Assembly (NCBI RefSeq): GCF_000143415.4
Contig: NW_003314360.1
Coordinates: 426,595-490,594, forward strand
Length of the DNA: 64,000 nt
Direction: 5' to 3'
DNA from: Selaginella moellendorffii
Taxonomy: Eukaryota > Plantae > Lycopodiophyta
The number at the start of each line of letters is the position of its first letter. Within the stretch, counting starts at the first letter, position 1. A model generated the notes under the pieces. The model saw nothing but the letters and a program-made list of their open reading frames with translations. It was not told where the DNA came from and searched no databases. Both the position numbers and the translations under genes were made by a program. Shown here in pieces: positions 47,643 through 59,503 of this stretch.

Positions 47643-49627
47643 ATGCCTGGGGTTATGGCCAACACTGACAACCAAGGCAATGTGGTGCCACAGCGAGACC
47701 CTTCGCCCGAGCTCCAGGTACTTTCACCCTTTCACTGGATAGAACTTAGAACAAAGAAAAAAGAAAAAAGTTTGCTCTTCGTGCGCTCGCTCGAGTGAAA
47801 GTGGAGAGTGTGAGAGTAGAGTGGAGTGAAGCAAGCATCGGTTTCTTAGTGCTAGATTTTGTTTTGTGGCTGCGTGCTTTCTTCAAGGCGAGCGAGCGTT
47901 ACTGAATCGCGATAGAAAAGAATAGTTTAAGCTGGTTCTCTAGCGGAACGAGAAGAACTTACACTCGTTTTTTTTCGTGTTCTTGTTCTTCGCAGCGGCA
48001 GCGAGGGAAGTGCTGGGGGAAATTCTGGTGCCTCGGCTCCTCCCGGAAGCGAGGAATGCGAATTTGCCCCGCGAGACAAGAAGGCCCGGCGTCGGCCACC
48101 AATGCATGGACAAACGGAGCTTCGTCCTCCACCGCCGCCAACCAGTTCGTCGGCCTCTCGCCATCGCTGCTAGCACCGCCATCCTCCCCGGCGTCCTTCG
48201 CAAACTCGGGGAATCCTTCCACGGTGCAGTCCCCCGCCAGCTTCACCGTCTCGCTCTGCGTCCCCGCCGCCAGCTCCTGCTCCCCGGCCTTCGACTCCAC
48301 CGCCACCATGTTTACCATCGGACCATACGCTCACGAGACGACGCTCGTCACCCCGCCAGCTTTCTCGGCCTTCACCACCGCGCCGTCCACCGCTCCATTC
48401 ACGCCGCCGCCGGAGCTCGCGCACCTCACCACCCCGTCCTCGCCCGACGTTCCATTCGCGCAGCTCTTGACGTCGCTCAAGAACAAAGGCGCGGTGGCGG
48501 GAGGAGCGGCGCCGCCATACTCGGCCTCGCCGTTTGCGTCACCCGACTACGTGTCCCGGGGCGACATGCAACCGTCGTATCACTTGTATCCCGAGAGCCC
48601 GCTCACCAGCCTCATCTCTCCGGCCTCCGGGGTGTCCGAGTCGGGGCCTCCATCGCCGCTACCCGAGCTCGAGTTCCCGGCAGCCATCACTGCGGCCAAG
48701 GCGGCCAAGGCCACCAGCGTCCGCTTGGCTGTGAGCTTGTGCGACCGGCGAGCTGTGAGACTGGGACACGAGACGCCACGGTCGCTGGACTCCAACAATC
48801 ACTCGAGGGAGCTGGAGCCAATCAAGATCTTGAGTCCTCCGAGGGGGCAGTACGAGGAGAGGTGGTGCTCCAGGACGCTCGACTCGTGCTCCACGTCGAG
48901 TAACGCTGTTGCTGCTACCAAGTCGATGGAGGAGTTGCCGCGGCGGAGTCATTCGTGTGGTGGGATCGATGAAGTGGAGCTCAAGAGATCGCTGTCACAA
49001 GTTGGAGCTCTTCCGCGAGGTGGAGACGATGACGATCGGGCTGACGCAGATGTAGATACGATGGTGGTGGAGGATTCGCAGCAGCCGACGTCGGCTTTGC
49101 TCAGGGGTGGCGACGATGATATCTCGGACTCTCTCCGGGACGAAGAAGGAAGAACAGAGAAGAACAACGACCTTGCTGCTACTGCTACTGCTGAGACAAC
49201 AACGCATTCTCGGCCTATCGAAGAAGATGGAGTTGGAGTTTGCTCGTCTTCTTCATCGTCTTCTTGTTTGGACAAGTCGGGTGATGTGGAAGGAGAACCG
49301 AAGAGATACGAAGAACAGGCACTCGAGTCGCCTCGAAGCGACTGTGGGATCGTTCTGGAAGTGGAGATCACTCCGGACGATCTCGTCAAGGTGAACATCA
49401 CAGGTGCCAAGAACAAGAAGAATGGCATCGTCACCAAGAAGAATGGCTTCCACCACCACCACCACCACCACCACCACAACCATAACCATCGAAATGGTTT
49501 TGTGGCGAGCTCCAAGTCGAGCTGGGAAGACTTGGACGCCATGTCTGTGGATTGCATGGAGCTCAACCTGGCCGATAACACCATCAAATCGCCTCTCAAG
49601 TCTTCTCCCACCATGGATTCATGCTAA
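47643..49627 (+). CDS. At1g76660-like Pro/Ser-rich protein (exons 47643-47717 and 47996-49627)
   Basis: LLAPPSSPASF, MFTIGPYAHETTLVTPPAFSAFTTAPSTAPFTPPPE...TTPSSPDVPFA, YPESP...LISP. Phase-0 intron. Confidence 0.85.
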
Positions 49628-50653
49628 AGTTTGTGCTTGTGGTAAGCTCTCTCTCTTTTCTACGTTTTCCTTTCTTCTTTCAAACAAGACATCTTGGAGC
49701 TCGCAAGCTAAGTAGATTGGCGCTGTTGATTCCAGCCCCTCCTGTTAATTATTTTCACAGAAGCAACTAAGTTTTTTTTTTCTTCCTCCATCCAACTCTT
49801 GCGTTGTGAGTGGTGAGTCGAGAGGAAGGAGAAAAGGAACAAAGAGTGCTAGAACGTCATGATCTGGTGAAGCACAGGACAGTGATGTAAAAAGCACAGC
49901 ATAACGTATGGAGGGGATTGGGAAGAACACGCATGATCTTGTCAAGGTACTCAACAAATCGACCGAGAACACTCTTCTGACCTGGTAGAGCCGGAGGAGG
50001 AGGGGGAGGAGGCGCGAGTAAATTCTCCGAGCTTCTTCTCACGTAGAGCACGACTCCTCGTCGTTCCAATTCACACGACAAGCTGGTGTAGTCACTGCTA
50101 CTACTCTTAGCATCACTTTCGAGTGTAATTGCCAAGGCCATTGAATGATCTCGCTCGCTCGAAGCAAAGAAAACGAATCCTGGAAACAATTGAGCACTCA
50201 AGAGCTTTCCTTTTGGTTCTTCTCGATCGCGAGGAGGAGCAAAATGTTATCCTCAAGAATCTGAGCAGAGAGAAATGTAGCTATAAGATGGCTCTGATTG
50301 ATTGATTGATTGCCTTTGCAAAACATGGGACCCTCTCTTGATGTCCGAGTCGAAAGGAAAAGGAGAAAAAAGAGACACTTTCGGCAAGGAACGATGTGAT
50401 ACTCTACTCTTCCAGAAAAGAAAGAAGGAAACAAAAAAATGTATGTACAGTTGCTTGCGTGATGCGAGAAAAGGAGGAAGTTTCATGTCGAAGATCACCT
50501 AGAAACGTGAGTGGATCAATGAATGCTAGAAGAAAGAAGAAAGGAAGGAAAAATTCTCGTACCTTTTCTCCTCTCTTTTCGAGCAGCGTGTTAATCCGTG
50601 CTGATCGAGCGAGCTCTCGAAATCTCTAGAAACCTTTAGTGGAAGTGAGAGAT

Positions 50654-51143
50654 TCAAATCTGTGTCGCAGTTCTCCTGCCCGGGCTGACGACGATACACT
50701 TTTCGGGATTGGCAACGTCCACTCCACCGGCGTGCTCCACAAACTCCTTGGCACTCATGTGTCGTCCATGGCAGGCACACACAATCTTCACCTCGCCCTT
50801 CTTGTATGCGAACAAAACTCCCGTCACCGTCTTGCCATTGGGTCCCGTTCCAGTCGTCGTCACCCACGGCAGATCGCTCACCACACTGCTGCTGCTGGAT
50901 CGTGCCACCATCGCTGCTGCCTGGCTCGACCTCTCCGGATCTTCCCAGCCTACTGCGCCGTCAACTTGCTGTTCTTGCTGCGGCTTCTTGGGGCTCCGGA
51001 ACGCCGAGCTCGTGCTGCTTCGCCTGCTCCAGCTATCCACGGACGAGCCCATGCTTGATCGCATAGCAGCGCCCTCCGACAAAGTTCTCATCAACGACCT
51101 GTTGCATCGAACCGGGCTTGGAGCGCGGAGGGTGCTGCTTCTT

Positions 51144-51174
<31 letters not shown>

Positions 51175-52533
51175 GGAGATACCCCTGGCGGAGGTTTGCT
51201 CCAAGAGAAGACGAGCGCAGGAGAGATGGAGGTGGCGGCGGGGTCAGAGGTGGCGGAGGTGCCGGCGGCGGAAGCCTTACGTCGCCATCTGCAAAGACCA
51301 AATGCAACGGTGGTCATACCATGGCTCGAGGACCATCATACCTTCGCGAGAAGATATGACCACCTTTTGCTCCATCGAAGACGGGCAGGCAAACGATCCG
51401 GATGCCATCACCATGGCTACCGAGGAAGAGCCTGCGCTGCTCGACTGAGAAGAACCCATGGCTCGAGGAGGAACTGGTAGCTGGTCATCCGGAAGAGTGG
51501 CCTCTTCGCCACCATCATCCGGCCTTACCATCTTGCGCATCTCCAAGAACTTGTCAATCCACTCTGTCTTGGGCTCGTGCACAGCGCTGGGCCGTATCAC
51601 ACCGCTAAAGCTCGTAGAAGTACCCGCGGTCGTACACGTATTTAGAGCCCTGGCGGTAGCGTCTGTAGCTTCAGCTTTAACGTTTCCGGCGGAGGAGGAG
51701 TCGAGGGTGGCCGCGGAGGAATCCAAGCTCCTCCTGGACTTCCTGATAGCATGGCTATGGCCGCGGCCCGGTCTCGTGGCCTTGTTCTCGGTGGGACGAT
51801 CCTCCATGTCCGCCTCATCCTTGACGACTGGCTTCTTCCTGGGGTGATGGTGAGAGTGCGAGGACGTGGTTCCAGAGCCGGAGCTCTTCCGCCGCTGCTG
51901 CTTCTGCTCCTCGATGAGAATCCTGCGCTTCTTGCGCGCCTCCTGCCGCTTCTGGCACTGCACCTCGCGCTTGAGCCGCTGCTGCTCCAACACTCTCCAG
52001 TTCACGGGCAGGGAATCCGACCGAGCCAGCGATGGCTGCCTTGCGCTTCCTACATTTACGCTTGCAACACCCGAGCTCCCTGCCGGGGCGAGCACACGAT
52101 CGTCGCACTGCTGCTCCTCGTCTCGCAGGGGAGAAGGAGGACACGATGAAACTCCCGAGTGGGCGAAGGACGAGAGGCCGAGGCTGAGCTCCAGGCCACT
52201 CTCAAGATGCCTTCCTCCAGCTCCTCCCTGCTGCGTCGTGGGAGAAGGATCTTGGTGGTGGCGGTGTTGCTGGTGGCGCGGAGGAGTGATGCAGAGATGG
52301 GGCAGCAGCGGCTGGAGTTTGAGCAGCAAATCCTGCGTCCCAGCAGCAGTGGCAGTGGCGGCGGCGGCGGCGGCAGCACAAATTGTGGAGGAGGACGCTG
52401 AGGAGGACGAGGAGGAGAGTGTAGCAGCAGTGGGACTGGCAGTGGGAGCGGGAGCTTCGATGTCTACCTTTACGGTCATGGTAAAGTGGACGCGATTGCT
52501 GCTGCTCGTGGATGCGCCCTCGCTGCTCATCAT
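50654..52533 (-). CDS. NINJA/AFP-family protein (intron 51289-51341)
   Basis: EAR motif LELSLGLS, B domain REVQCQKRQEARKKR, C domain LPWVTTTGTGPNGKTVTG...IVCACHG..MSAKEFVEHAGG. Confidence 0.92.
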
Positions 52534-52655
52534 GCTGATCCGCCGCTCACTTCGCCGCCGCGCAAGATCTCTCTCTCGCTCTCTCTCTCTCTTCCCTCCC
52601 CTCTCTCTCTCTCTTCCCCTCAATCCTCGCTAAACCTAGCGGTCTGTCCACGCAG

Positions 52656-52850
52656 CACGTGGCAAATCAGCACGTGGCGGCTGCTCCACGTGTCGGGCTT
52701 CACGGTTTTTAGGGAATAAAAGGATATTTTATGGCGATTAAAAAACTCTGTAAAAACCAGGGCACTACACCTGTAGGAGGTGGCATTGGGTGGACAAAGC
52801 CGCCCCATCGCTGGAAACGCGACACGTGGTGTGGTGCAAAATGGCACGTG
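52656..52850. promoter_or_regulatory. Cluster of five G-box/ABRE motifs (CACGTG) upstream of the NINJA/AFP gene
   Basis: CACGTG at 52656, 52671, 52687, 52823 and 52845, mostly as CACGTGGC or CACGTGTC. Confidence 0.75.
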
Positions 52851-52912
52851 GCATGTGCTCTAGGATCGGTTCCAAAGATTTTTATCACATCCAATGGTCG
52901 AATACATGGCAA

Positions 52913-55156
52913 TCACGATGTGGATGTTTGGGCGGCACAAAAATCTGGAGTAAGATACATGTTTGATAGCATCACATATGGGGAAGCATTATTTACGTCA
53001 AGCTGGATCATCTCTTTGATCACTCGCATTCCACGGTTGAAATCGTGGTGCATCCTACAACCATTCAACAATGTCGTCCAAGCCACCAGTTTTGCGTCTG
53101 GCGTATATTTCGGCACCAATTCTATTGTTTTCTCTGCGTCATCCAGCTTGCCTACTCGCCCTAACACGTCTACCATGCAAATGTAATGGTCCACAATTGG
53201 CGTAATCCCATAGTCTCCAAGCATTGTGCCAAAGTAGCAAATGCCGCAGTGCTCCAAGATGCCGCCGTGACTACACGCAGACAAGATCCCAACGAATGTA
53301 ACCTCGTCCACGTCGACGCCCTGGAGCTGCATGGCTCGCCACAGCTCCAGCGATTGGACCTCGCGACCACCCTGGGCATATGCCGTGATCATGGAGTTCC
53401 ACGTCCACGTGTCCTTGCCCCCCATTTCGTCGAATAGCAGCCGTGCGGTGTCCAACACTCCACACCTGCCGTACATGGTCACCAGCGCGTTGCCCAGAGC
53501 CATCTCGGTTTCGAGTCCCCTCGCCACCACCTCCTCATGGACGAGCTCGCCCACTCGCAAATCGGCCACGCTCCCGCAGACGTCGATCACGCTCACAAAG
53601 GTGATATCGTCGGCTGGGGTGCCCTCCACGTCCATCTCCTGGAAGAGACGAATGGCCTCGCCGCCCACCCCGTTCTGTCCGTACGCCGCAATCATTGCGT
53701 TCCACGTCACCGCGCTCCTGATTGGCATGTCGTCAAACATTCGCCGCGCGTCCGCCACGTACCCCGCCTGGGCATATGCCGACAGCATCGCATTCCTGGC
53801 CACCACATCCCAGCGTGGCATTCCATCGAATATCCTCCTGGCCTCATCAATGTGACCGCTCTCCGCGTACGCCACAAGCAGATTGGTCCACGACAAAAGC
53901 GACTTGTACGGCATGCAGTCAAAAATGGCTTTTGCGGCCAGTAGGTGCCCGTTCTGGACATACGCGGTCACCATCGCATTCCACGTCACCCCGTCCCGCC
54001 GCGTCATCTCGTCGAATAGCTGCCTGGCCTCGTCCACGTCACCGTTTAGCCCGTAGCCGGTGATCATGGCATTCCACGCTGTAACGTTGCGCTGCTTCCC
54101 CAATCCATCGAAGATTTTGCGGGCTTCTCGTACGTCCCAAGCCCTGGCATATCCACTTATCATGGTGCTCCACGTCGCCGCGTCCCTCTCATCCATGCGG
54201 TCGTACAGCTCCCGCGCAGCGTCCATGTCACCGTGTGACGCGTAGGCAGCCAGCATGGCGTTGCAAGTCACCGTGTTCCTCTCTGGCATTTTAGCAAACA
54301 ATGACGTGGCTCTTGCAAGATGGCCGTTCTGGGCATATGCGGTTACCAGGGCAGTCCAAGAAACAACGTTTGGATTCGGAATCTTGTCAAAGAGATTCTT
54401 TGCCTCGACAACACTTCCTCGTTTTGCATACGCTGTGACTAACGCATTATACGAAGCTTCATCCCTCCCTGGCATATTGTCAAAGAGCGCCTTGGCTTCC
54501 TCCAGATGCCCATTGTTGGCATACGCGGCGAGCATGGCATTCCACGCAACTACATTTTTCCGAGTCATCTTATCAAACAAAGCTTTTGCCTCGCGCACGT
54601 CCTGGTTTTGAGAGTAAGCCGTGATCATAACTGTCCAGGAGAACTCGTTTCTATCTGGCATCTTGTCGAAGAGCTTCCGAGCCTCACGAAGATGCCCTTT
54701 TTGGGCATATGCAGCCACGATAGCGGTCCACGAAACAACGGTCGGATCCGGCATGGCATCGAACAGCGTTCGAGCATCCTCCAGATTCCCATTCGATGCA
54801 TACGACGTGATAAGACAGTTCCAGGTGACGGAATTGGGACGGGGCATCTTCTCAAACATGGTCTTGGCGTCGTCAAGATGCCCATTCTTGGCATATGCTG
54901 AGATGACCAGGTTCCACGAGTAGGCGTTGGGGCGTGAGATGCCGTCAAACACCCGGCGAGCGTCATCCACACTGCCACACTTTCCAAACATTTCCAGGAA
55001 AAGATTTGACAGGAACCTGTCGCCGGTGTGCTCGCTCGCCAGGAATTGCTCGTGGAGACGCTTTCCAGCTCGCAAATCCTTCGCGTTTCCGCAAGCACGG
55101 ATCTTCTCGGCGCAAGCGGATGCATCCAACCCATCAATCGAGGCCAAAGACCACAT
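52913..55156 (-). CDS. PLS-class PPR protein with E domain (no DYW)
   Basis: Tandem ~31-aa repeats (VSWTAIVAAYAQKGHLREARKLFDKMP), FVGILSACSHGG, HYICMVDVLGRVG, YVMLSNMY. Confidence 0.93.
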   Translation of the reverse strand: MWSLASIDGLDASACAEKIRACGNAKDLRAGKRLHEQFLASEHTGDRFLSNLFLEMFGKCGSVDDARRVFDGISRPNAYSWNLVISAYAKNGHLDDAKTMFEKMPRPNSVTWNCLITSYASNGNLEDARTLFDAMPDPTVVSWTAIVAAYAQKGHLREARKLFDKMPDRNEFSWTVMITAYSQNQDVREAKALFDKMTRKNVVAWNAMLAAYANNGHLEEAKALFDNMPGRDEASYNALVTAYAKRGSVVEAKNLFDKIPNPNVVSWTALVTAYAQNGHLARATSLFAKMPERNTVTCNAMLAAYASHGDMDAARELYDRMDERDAATWSTMISGYARAWDVREARKIFDGLGKQRNVTAWNAMITGYGLNGDVDEARQLFDEMTRRDGVTWNAMVTAYVQNGHLLAAKAIFDCMPYKSLLSWTNLLVAYAESGHIDEARRIFDGMPRWDVVARNAMLSAYAQAGYVADARRMFDDMPIRSAVTWNAMIAAYGQNGVGGEAIRLFQEMDVEGTPADDITFVSVIDVCGSVADLRVGELVHEEVVARGLETEMALGNALVTMYGRCGVLDTARLLFDEMGGKDTWTWNSMITAYAQGGREVQSLELWRAMQLQGVDVDEVTFVGILSACSHGGILEHCGICYFGTMLGDYGITPIVDHYICMVDVLGRVGKLDDAEKTIELVPKYTPDAKLVAWTTLLNGCRMHHDFNRGMRVIKEMIQLDVNNASPYVMLSNMYLTPDFCAAQTSTS

Positions 55157-55163
55157 CTCGTCT

Positions 55164-57680
55164 TCATCGATTCGGGGTGTTCCTTCTGGATCCCTGAATC
55201 TCCGTGTAGAGATTGGAGAGCAGTGTCAAGGAGGAGGAATCGGTGGAATCCCTGGACATGATCTCGTTGACAGCCGCAATCGCACCACGTCCTACATTTC
55301 CATGGACTCTACACGCTCCCAGAAAGCTCGACCACAAAACACTATCAGGCTCGAAGGGCATGGATGCCACAAGGCCATCGGCGGCGGCGAGCTCCCCGGC
55401 GCGCCCAAGAACATCGATGAAGCACGCGTAGTGATCCACAGTAGCTTCGATTCCAAAATCCGTCCACATTCCAACGAAGTAGCTCCTTCCCAATTCGACA
55501 TCGCCCTTGTGGCTACACGCCGCAAGAACACTGACGAAGCTCACCTCGCTGGGCGTGAATCCCGCCTGGGCCATGCGACCGAAGAACTCTAGTGTTTCAT
55601 CGCCAGAGCACACTGCGAGCATCGAATTCCAGGACACTACGCCGCGATGCTCCATCCGCGAGAAGATCTTGTGGGAATCGGCGACGCTGCCGCAGCGCCT
55701 AAACATCGCAATGAGCGCATTCGAGAGCATTGGATCGTCGCGTTCCAATCCTCGCACCGATACCTCGAACTGGATCTCGCGGCAGAGGGCCTCGATCCCT
55801 AGGGCAGCGCAGGCGGCAATGGCGGCCATGAATGTGATGTTGGTGAATTCCAGCCCTAGAACGTCCATGCCACACAGCACAGCCAACGCTTCTTTGCCAT
55901 GCCCACACTGAGCATATGCTGATGCCATGGCTGTCCACGTTACCACGTCCTTCTCAGGCATAGTATCGAAGAGCTCTTGTGCTTCTCGCATGTAACCTAA
56001 TTGCGCGTATCCTACCAGGAGGCTTGTGTAGGTGATAATGTTTCTTTGTGTCATAGAATCAAACACACTCTTAGCCACGTCAAGATGCCCGCATTGGGCA
56101 TATCCAGCGATTAATGCGTTCCCACTTACAACGTTAGAATGAGGATTTTGGTCATAGAGAATCTTGGCATGGGAAAGTTGATGTTGTGAGCAGTAACCAG
56201 TGATCATGGTGTTCCAGGAGGCAGAATCTGGATTTGGGATCTGGTCGAAGAATTGCCGAGCTCGATGAACATCCCCTCCCTGGGCATATCCCGCAAGCAT
56301 CGCATTCCAGGAGACGATGTTCTTCCGCGGGGCTGGAATCTGATCAAAAACGTTTCTGGCCTTTACGAGATTGTTGCTCTGCGTGTAGCCCGAAACGATC
56401 GAAGCCCAAGACACCGTATCTCTCTCCAGCATAGAATCAAACAACTCTTTCGCCTCGCGCACACAGCCATTTTGATTGTAAGCGATGATCATCGCATTGC
56501 AGGATCCAATCCCCGGGCTGGGGCCGATGGAATCAAAGAGGCGCCTCGAGGCATCGAGCTGCCCGTACTGACCGTACGCGGAGATCATCGCGTTCCATGT
56601 AGCCTCCGTCCGATCGGGTACGGCGTCAAACAGCCAACGGGCGAGATGGAGCCGACCGTGCTGACCGTACATCGCGATCATGGTCGTCCACGTGACCACA
56701 TCGCTGCCCGGCATCTCGTCAAACAGGGCTTGGGCTTCCAGTAAATGCCCTGCCCGGGCATTTGCCGCGAGAAGAATATTCCATGATATAACGTCTCTCT
56801 CGGGCATCTGGTGAAACAAGGCAAGGCATTCGCGGACATTGCCATCGTGGAAATAGGCGGAGAGGATGAGGTTCCAGGAGATTAGGTTTTCTCGATTCGC
56901 CACGCGATCGAAGAGCTCCCTCGCGCGATCGATGCTCTCGCCGTGTTGCGCGAGGCCGGCGAGGATGGAATTCGTCGATAGGTCGTCTCTTTCCGGCATC
57001 CGATCGAAGATTTCCTGTGCCTGGTCGACGCGGCCGTGGTGGGAGTAAGCAGCCAGGAGCGCGTTGTAGGAAACGAGGTTGCGCTGGGGCATGGCGGTGA
57101 AAATCTGCTCGGCATCGCCAAGATTTCCAAGCCGGGCGTGTGCCGTGAGCATGGAATTCCAGGACACCAGATCCTTGTCCGGCATTCCATCGAACAGATC
57201 TCTGGCTTCTTGGAGCTTCCCCGATCGCGAGCACGCGGCGATCAAGATATTCCAGGCCATCTCGTTCCTCTCCGGCATGCAGTGATCGAAGAAGGATTTG
57301 GCGTGGAGGATGTGGCCGTTGTGCGCGTAGGCGGCGAGCACGGAGGTCCAAGAGACGACATTGGTGAGAGGCATGCGATCCAGCGCGATCTTGGCGTCAC
57401 TGGCGCTGCCGCGGCGGGCGTGGGTGGAGAGCACGATGTTCCAGGAGAAGAGATTGGGGTGAGGCATCTGGGAGAAGACGAGGAGCGCGCGGTCGAGATG
57501 GCCGCAGTTGCGATACATCTCCATGACGAGATTGCACAGGAAGACATTGTGGCGGTGATCGGAGGCAAGGATCTGAGCGTGCAGCGCCTGGCCCTGTGCC
57601 ACATTCTTGGATCTGGATGCCTGCTTGAGCAGCGCCGCGTAGCGATCGCGATCCGTGTGGTCGTGGATCTGGGCCAACAT
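55164..57680 (-). CDS. PLS-class PPR protein with E domain (no DYW); first in-frame ATG at 57680
   Basis: Tandem PPR repeats, FVSVLAACSHKG, HYACFIDVLGRAG, LWSSFLGACRVHG, LLSNLY. Confidence 0.92.
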   Translation of the reverse strand: MLAQIHDHTDRDRYAALLKQASRSKNVAQGQALHAQILASDHRHNVFLCNLVMEMYRNCGHLDRALLVFSQMPHPNLFSWNIVLSTHARRGSASDAKIALDRMPLTNVVSWTSVLAAYAHNGHILHAKSFFDHCMPERNEMAWNILIAACSRSGKLQEARDLFDGMPDKDLVSWNSMLTAHARLGNLGDAEQIFTAMPQRNLVSYNALLAAYSHHGRVDQAQEIFDRMPERDDLSTNSILAGLAQHGESIDRARELFDRVANRENLISWNLILSAYFHDGNVRECLALFHQMPERDVISWNILLAANARAGHLLEAQALFDEMPGSDVVTWTTMIAMYGQHGRLHLARWLFDAVPDRTEATWNAMISAYGQYGQLDASRRLFDSIGPSPGIGSCNAMIIAYNQNGCVREAKELFDSMLERDTVSWASIVSGYTQSNNLVKARNVFDQIPAPRKNIVSWNAMLAGYAQGGDVHRARQFFDQIPNPDSASWNTMITGYCSQHQLSHAKILYDQNPHSNVVSGNALIAGYAQCGHLDVAKSVFDSMTQRNIITYTSLLVGYAQLGYMREAQELFDTMPEKDVVTWTAMASAYAQCGHGKEALAVLCGMDVLGLEFTNITFMAAIAACAALGIEALCREIQFEVSVRGLERDDPMLSNALIAMFRRCGSVADSHKIFSRMEHRGVVSWNSMLAVCSGDETLEFFGRMAQAGFTPSEVSFVSVLAACSHKGDVELGRSYFVGMWTDFGIEATVDHYACFIDVLGRAGELAAADGLVASMPFEPDSVLWSSFLGACRVHGNVGRGAIAAVNEIMSRDSTDSSSLTLLSNLYTEIQGSRRNTPNR

Positions 57681-57721
57681 AGACTTGGGAGTTTTAGGGT
57701 TCTTGGAGGAAGCTTTGAGCG

Positions 57722-59214
57722 ATGGCGGAGGAGCTGGATGAGCTCTTGATGTTCCTTTCTTCGCCAGCGCCAAACGTAAGAGTTTGTTTCCATTTCATTG
57801 CGCCTGACAAGAGCTCCTTTCGCAGCTTAGAAAGGCCGCGGTAGACATCATCGAAGGCTTGACTGGAAGCGACGAGGGGATTGCCAAGCTCAGCACCAAG
57901 CTCTCGATTCTCCTCCCGGCTCTCGTACAGCTCCTTGCTGGTAACAAGGCAAGAAGCGGATCCATGTCTAGTGCCTAAAAGCCTGTGAATGATCTTACGT
58001 CCAGCTCGTTGCGAAGCCAGCGGCAGGAGCTCTGGTCAATCTGTCACAGGATCAGGAAGTCGGAGAGATGCTGCTTGAACTGGGAGCTGTTGCAGGCGCC
58101 ATGGATCAGATAGGCAAGCAAGGCCAGGACGTGGATAAGCTCATGGTGATGCTCCTCGTGAACTTGACGACTCTAGAGCCTGGTGCTCGGCTGCTATGCG
58201 AGGTGTGATGCTTGCTCTCCTTCGCCATCTCCAAATCTCTCTTACAATTTTCTTGCTAGGAGGGCGATGAGAAGCTCAAAGGACTACATATGAGTCGTCT
58301 CGTGAGATTGTTCTCGCGGACCCCAGAAGAAGGTATGATGAAAAAGCTGTTCTTGTACACTACCTGTGTGTGTTGCGTAGGTGACGATGCGTACGAGCAC
58401 GTTGGAGCAATTCTTGTCAACGTATCGCGAACGGACTTGGGACGCAAGCTCATGCTGGACACCAAGCGGGGCCTCTTGAAACAGGTTCTACGCCAATGCG
58501 ACTCCAAGAGTCTTGTTCGCAGGCGAGGAGTAAGTTGATGAAAAAATCTGTTTCGTTAGATAAGTTTTGCGACTTTCTCATCTCTGTTCTTCGTGCGCAG
58601 GTGATTGGCACCATCCGCAACTGTTGTTTTGAAGCTCCGTCCCATCTGCCGAGCTTGCTTTCCCTGTCCGAGCTTCTGTGGCCATGTCTCATCCTTCCAG
58701 CCGCAGGAAGCAAGGTCTTACTCAATTGTTGCACCATTGCGGGAATTCAGCTAAGCCCTCTCTCGTCGACGTGATGCCGCAGATCTATAGCGAAGAGGAG
58801 CGATCCAAGATGCCCCCGGAGCTGGCGGTTCCATTGTCCATAGAACGCCAGGCGGAACCAGACTCCCAGATCCGTCGCGAAGCCTTGGATGCTCTCTATC
58901 TGCTCATAAAGCAGGTGAAGTGAAGCGCTAGACTTTCTAGATCCGATCGCCAGGACTGATTTTGTGGTCGTGTTCCAGGAGGCTGGATTTAGAGCGTTTT
59001 GGGAGCTCGGTGGAGCCGACGTTCTCAAGTCCGGCTACGAGAACGAAGAAGATCCCGAAGTCATGGACAAGTACGAGCAGTTGGGGTCACTGGTAAGAAC
59101 TGACACACACGCACTTCTTTTTTTCTCCCTGCATGCGCGTACGTATCAAACTCAAACACATTCTTCTACGCGTGCGCGTCACAGATCATCGCGCAGAGTG
59201 GCAGCAGCTCTTGA
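57722..59214 (+). CDS. HGH1: HGH1 homologue (eEF2 chaperone; multi-exon)
   Basis: MAEELDELLMFLSSP..|LRKAAVDIIEGLTGS, ALVNLSQD, MLLVNLT, ILVNVSR, RRRG|VIGTIRNCCFE, MPPEL...E.EPDSQIR. Confidence 0.88.
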
Positions 59215-59408
59215 CCGCAGTGATGGACGATCGATTCGGTTTGACAAATTGTTAGCGAGAAACTGGAGAAAAGTTTGTGTCAAGCACACTCACACCGGAA
59301 AAGTGCTTGAATATTCGCTCCTTCTACACACGCCTACTAGTCAACGGAGGTTTTTGCGTGCTTCGCTCTTCTCGTACAAAGAGAAGAAAACAAAAGCCAA
59401 AGGTTTTT

Positions 59409-59441
<33 letters not shown>

Positions 59442-59503
59442 CTGGAGAGAGAGAGAGAGACCTAAGCGGTGGGCGCGGCGTGGGTGAGAGGAATCTGGCG
59501 AGG

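Noticed and set aside
49857-50201. 114-aa minus-strand ORF between the At1g76660-like and NINJA genes
   Set aside because: No recognisable motif. It lies in likely 3' UTR space and cannot be supported without expression data.
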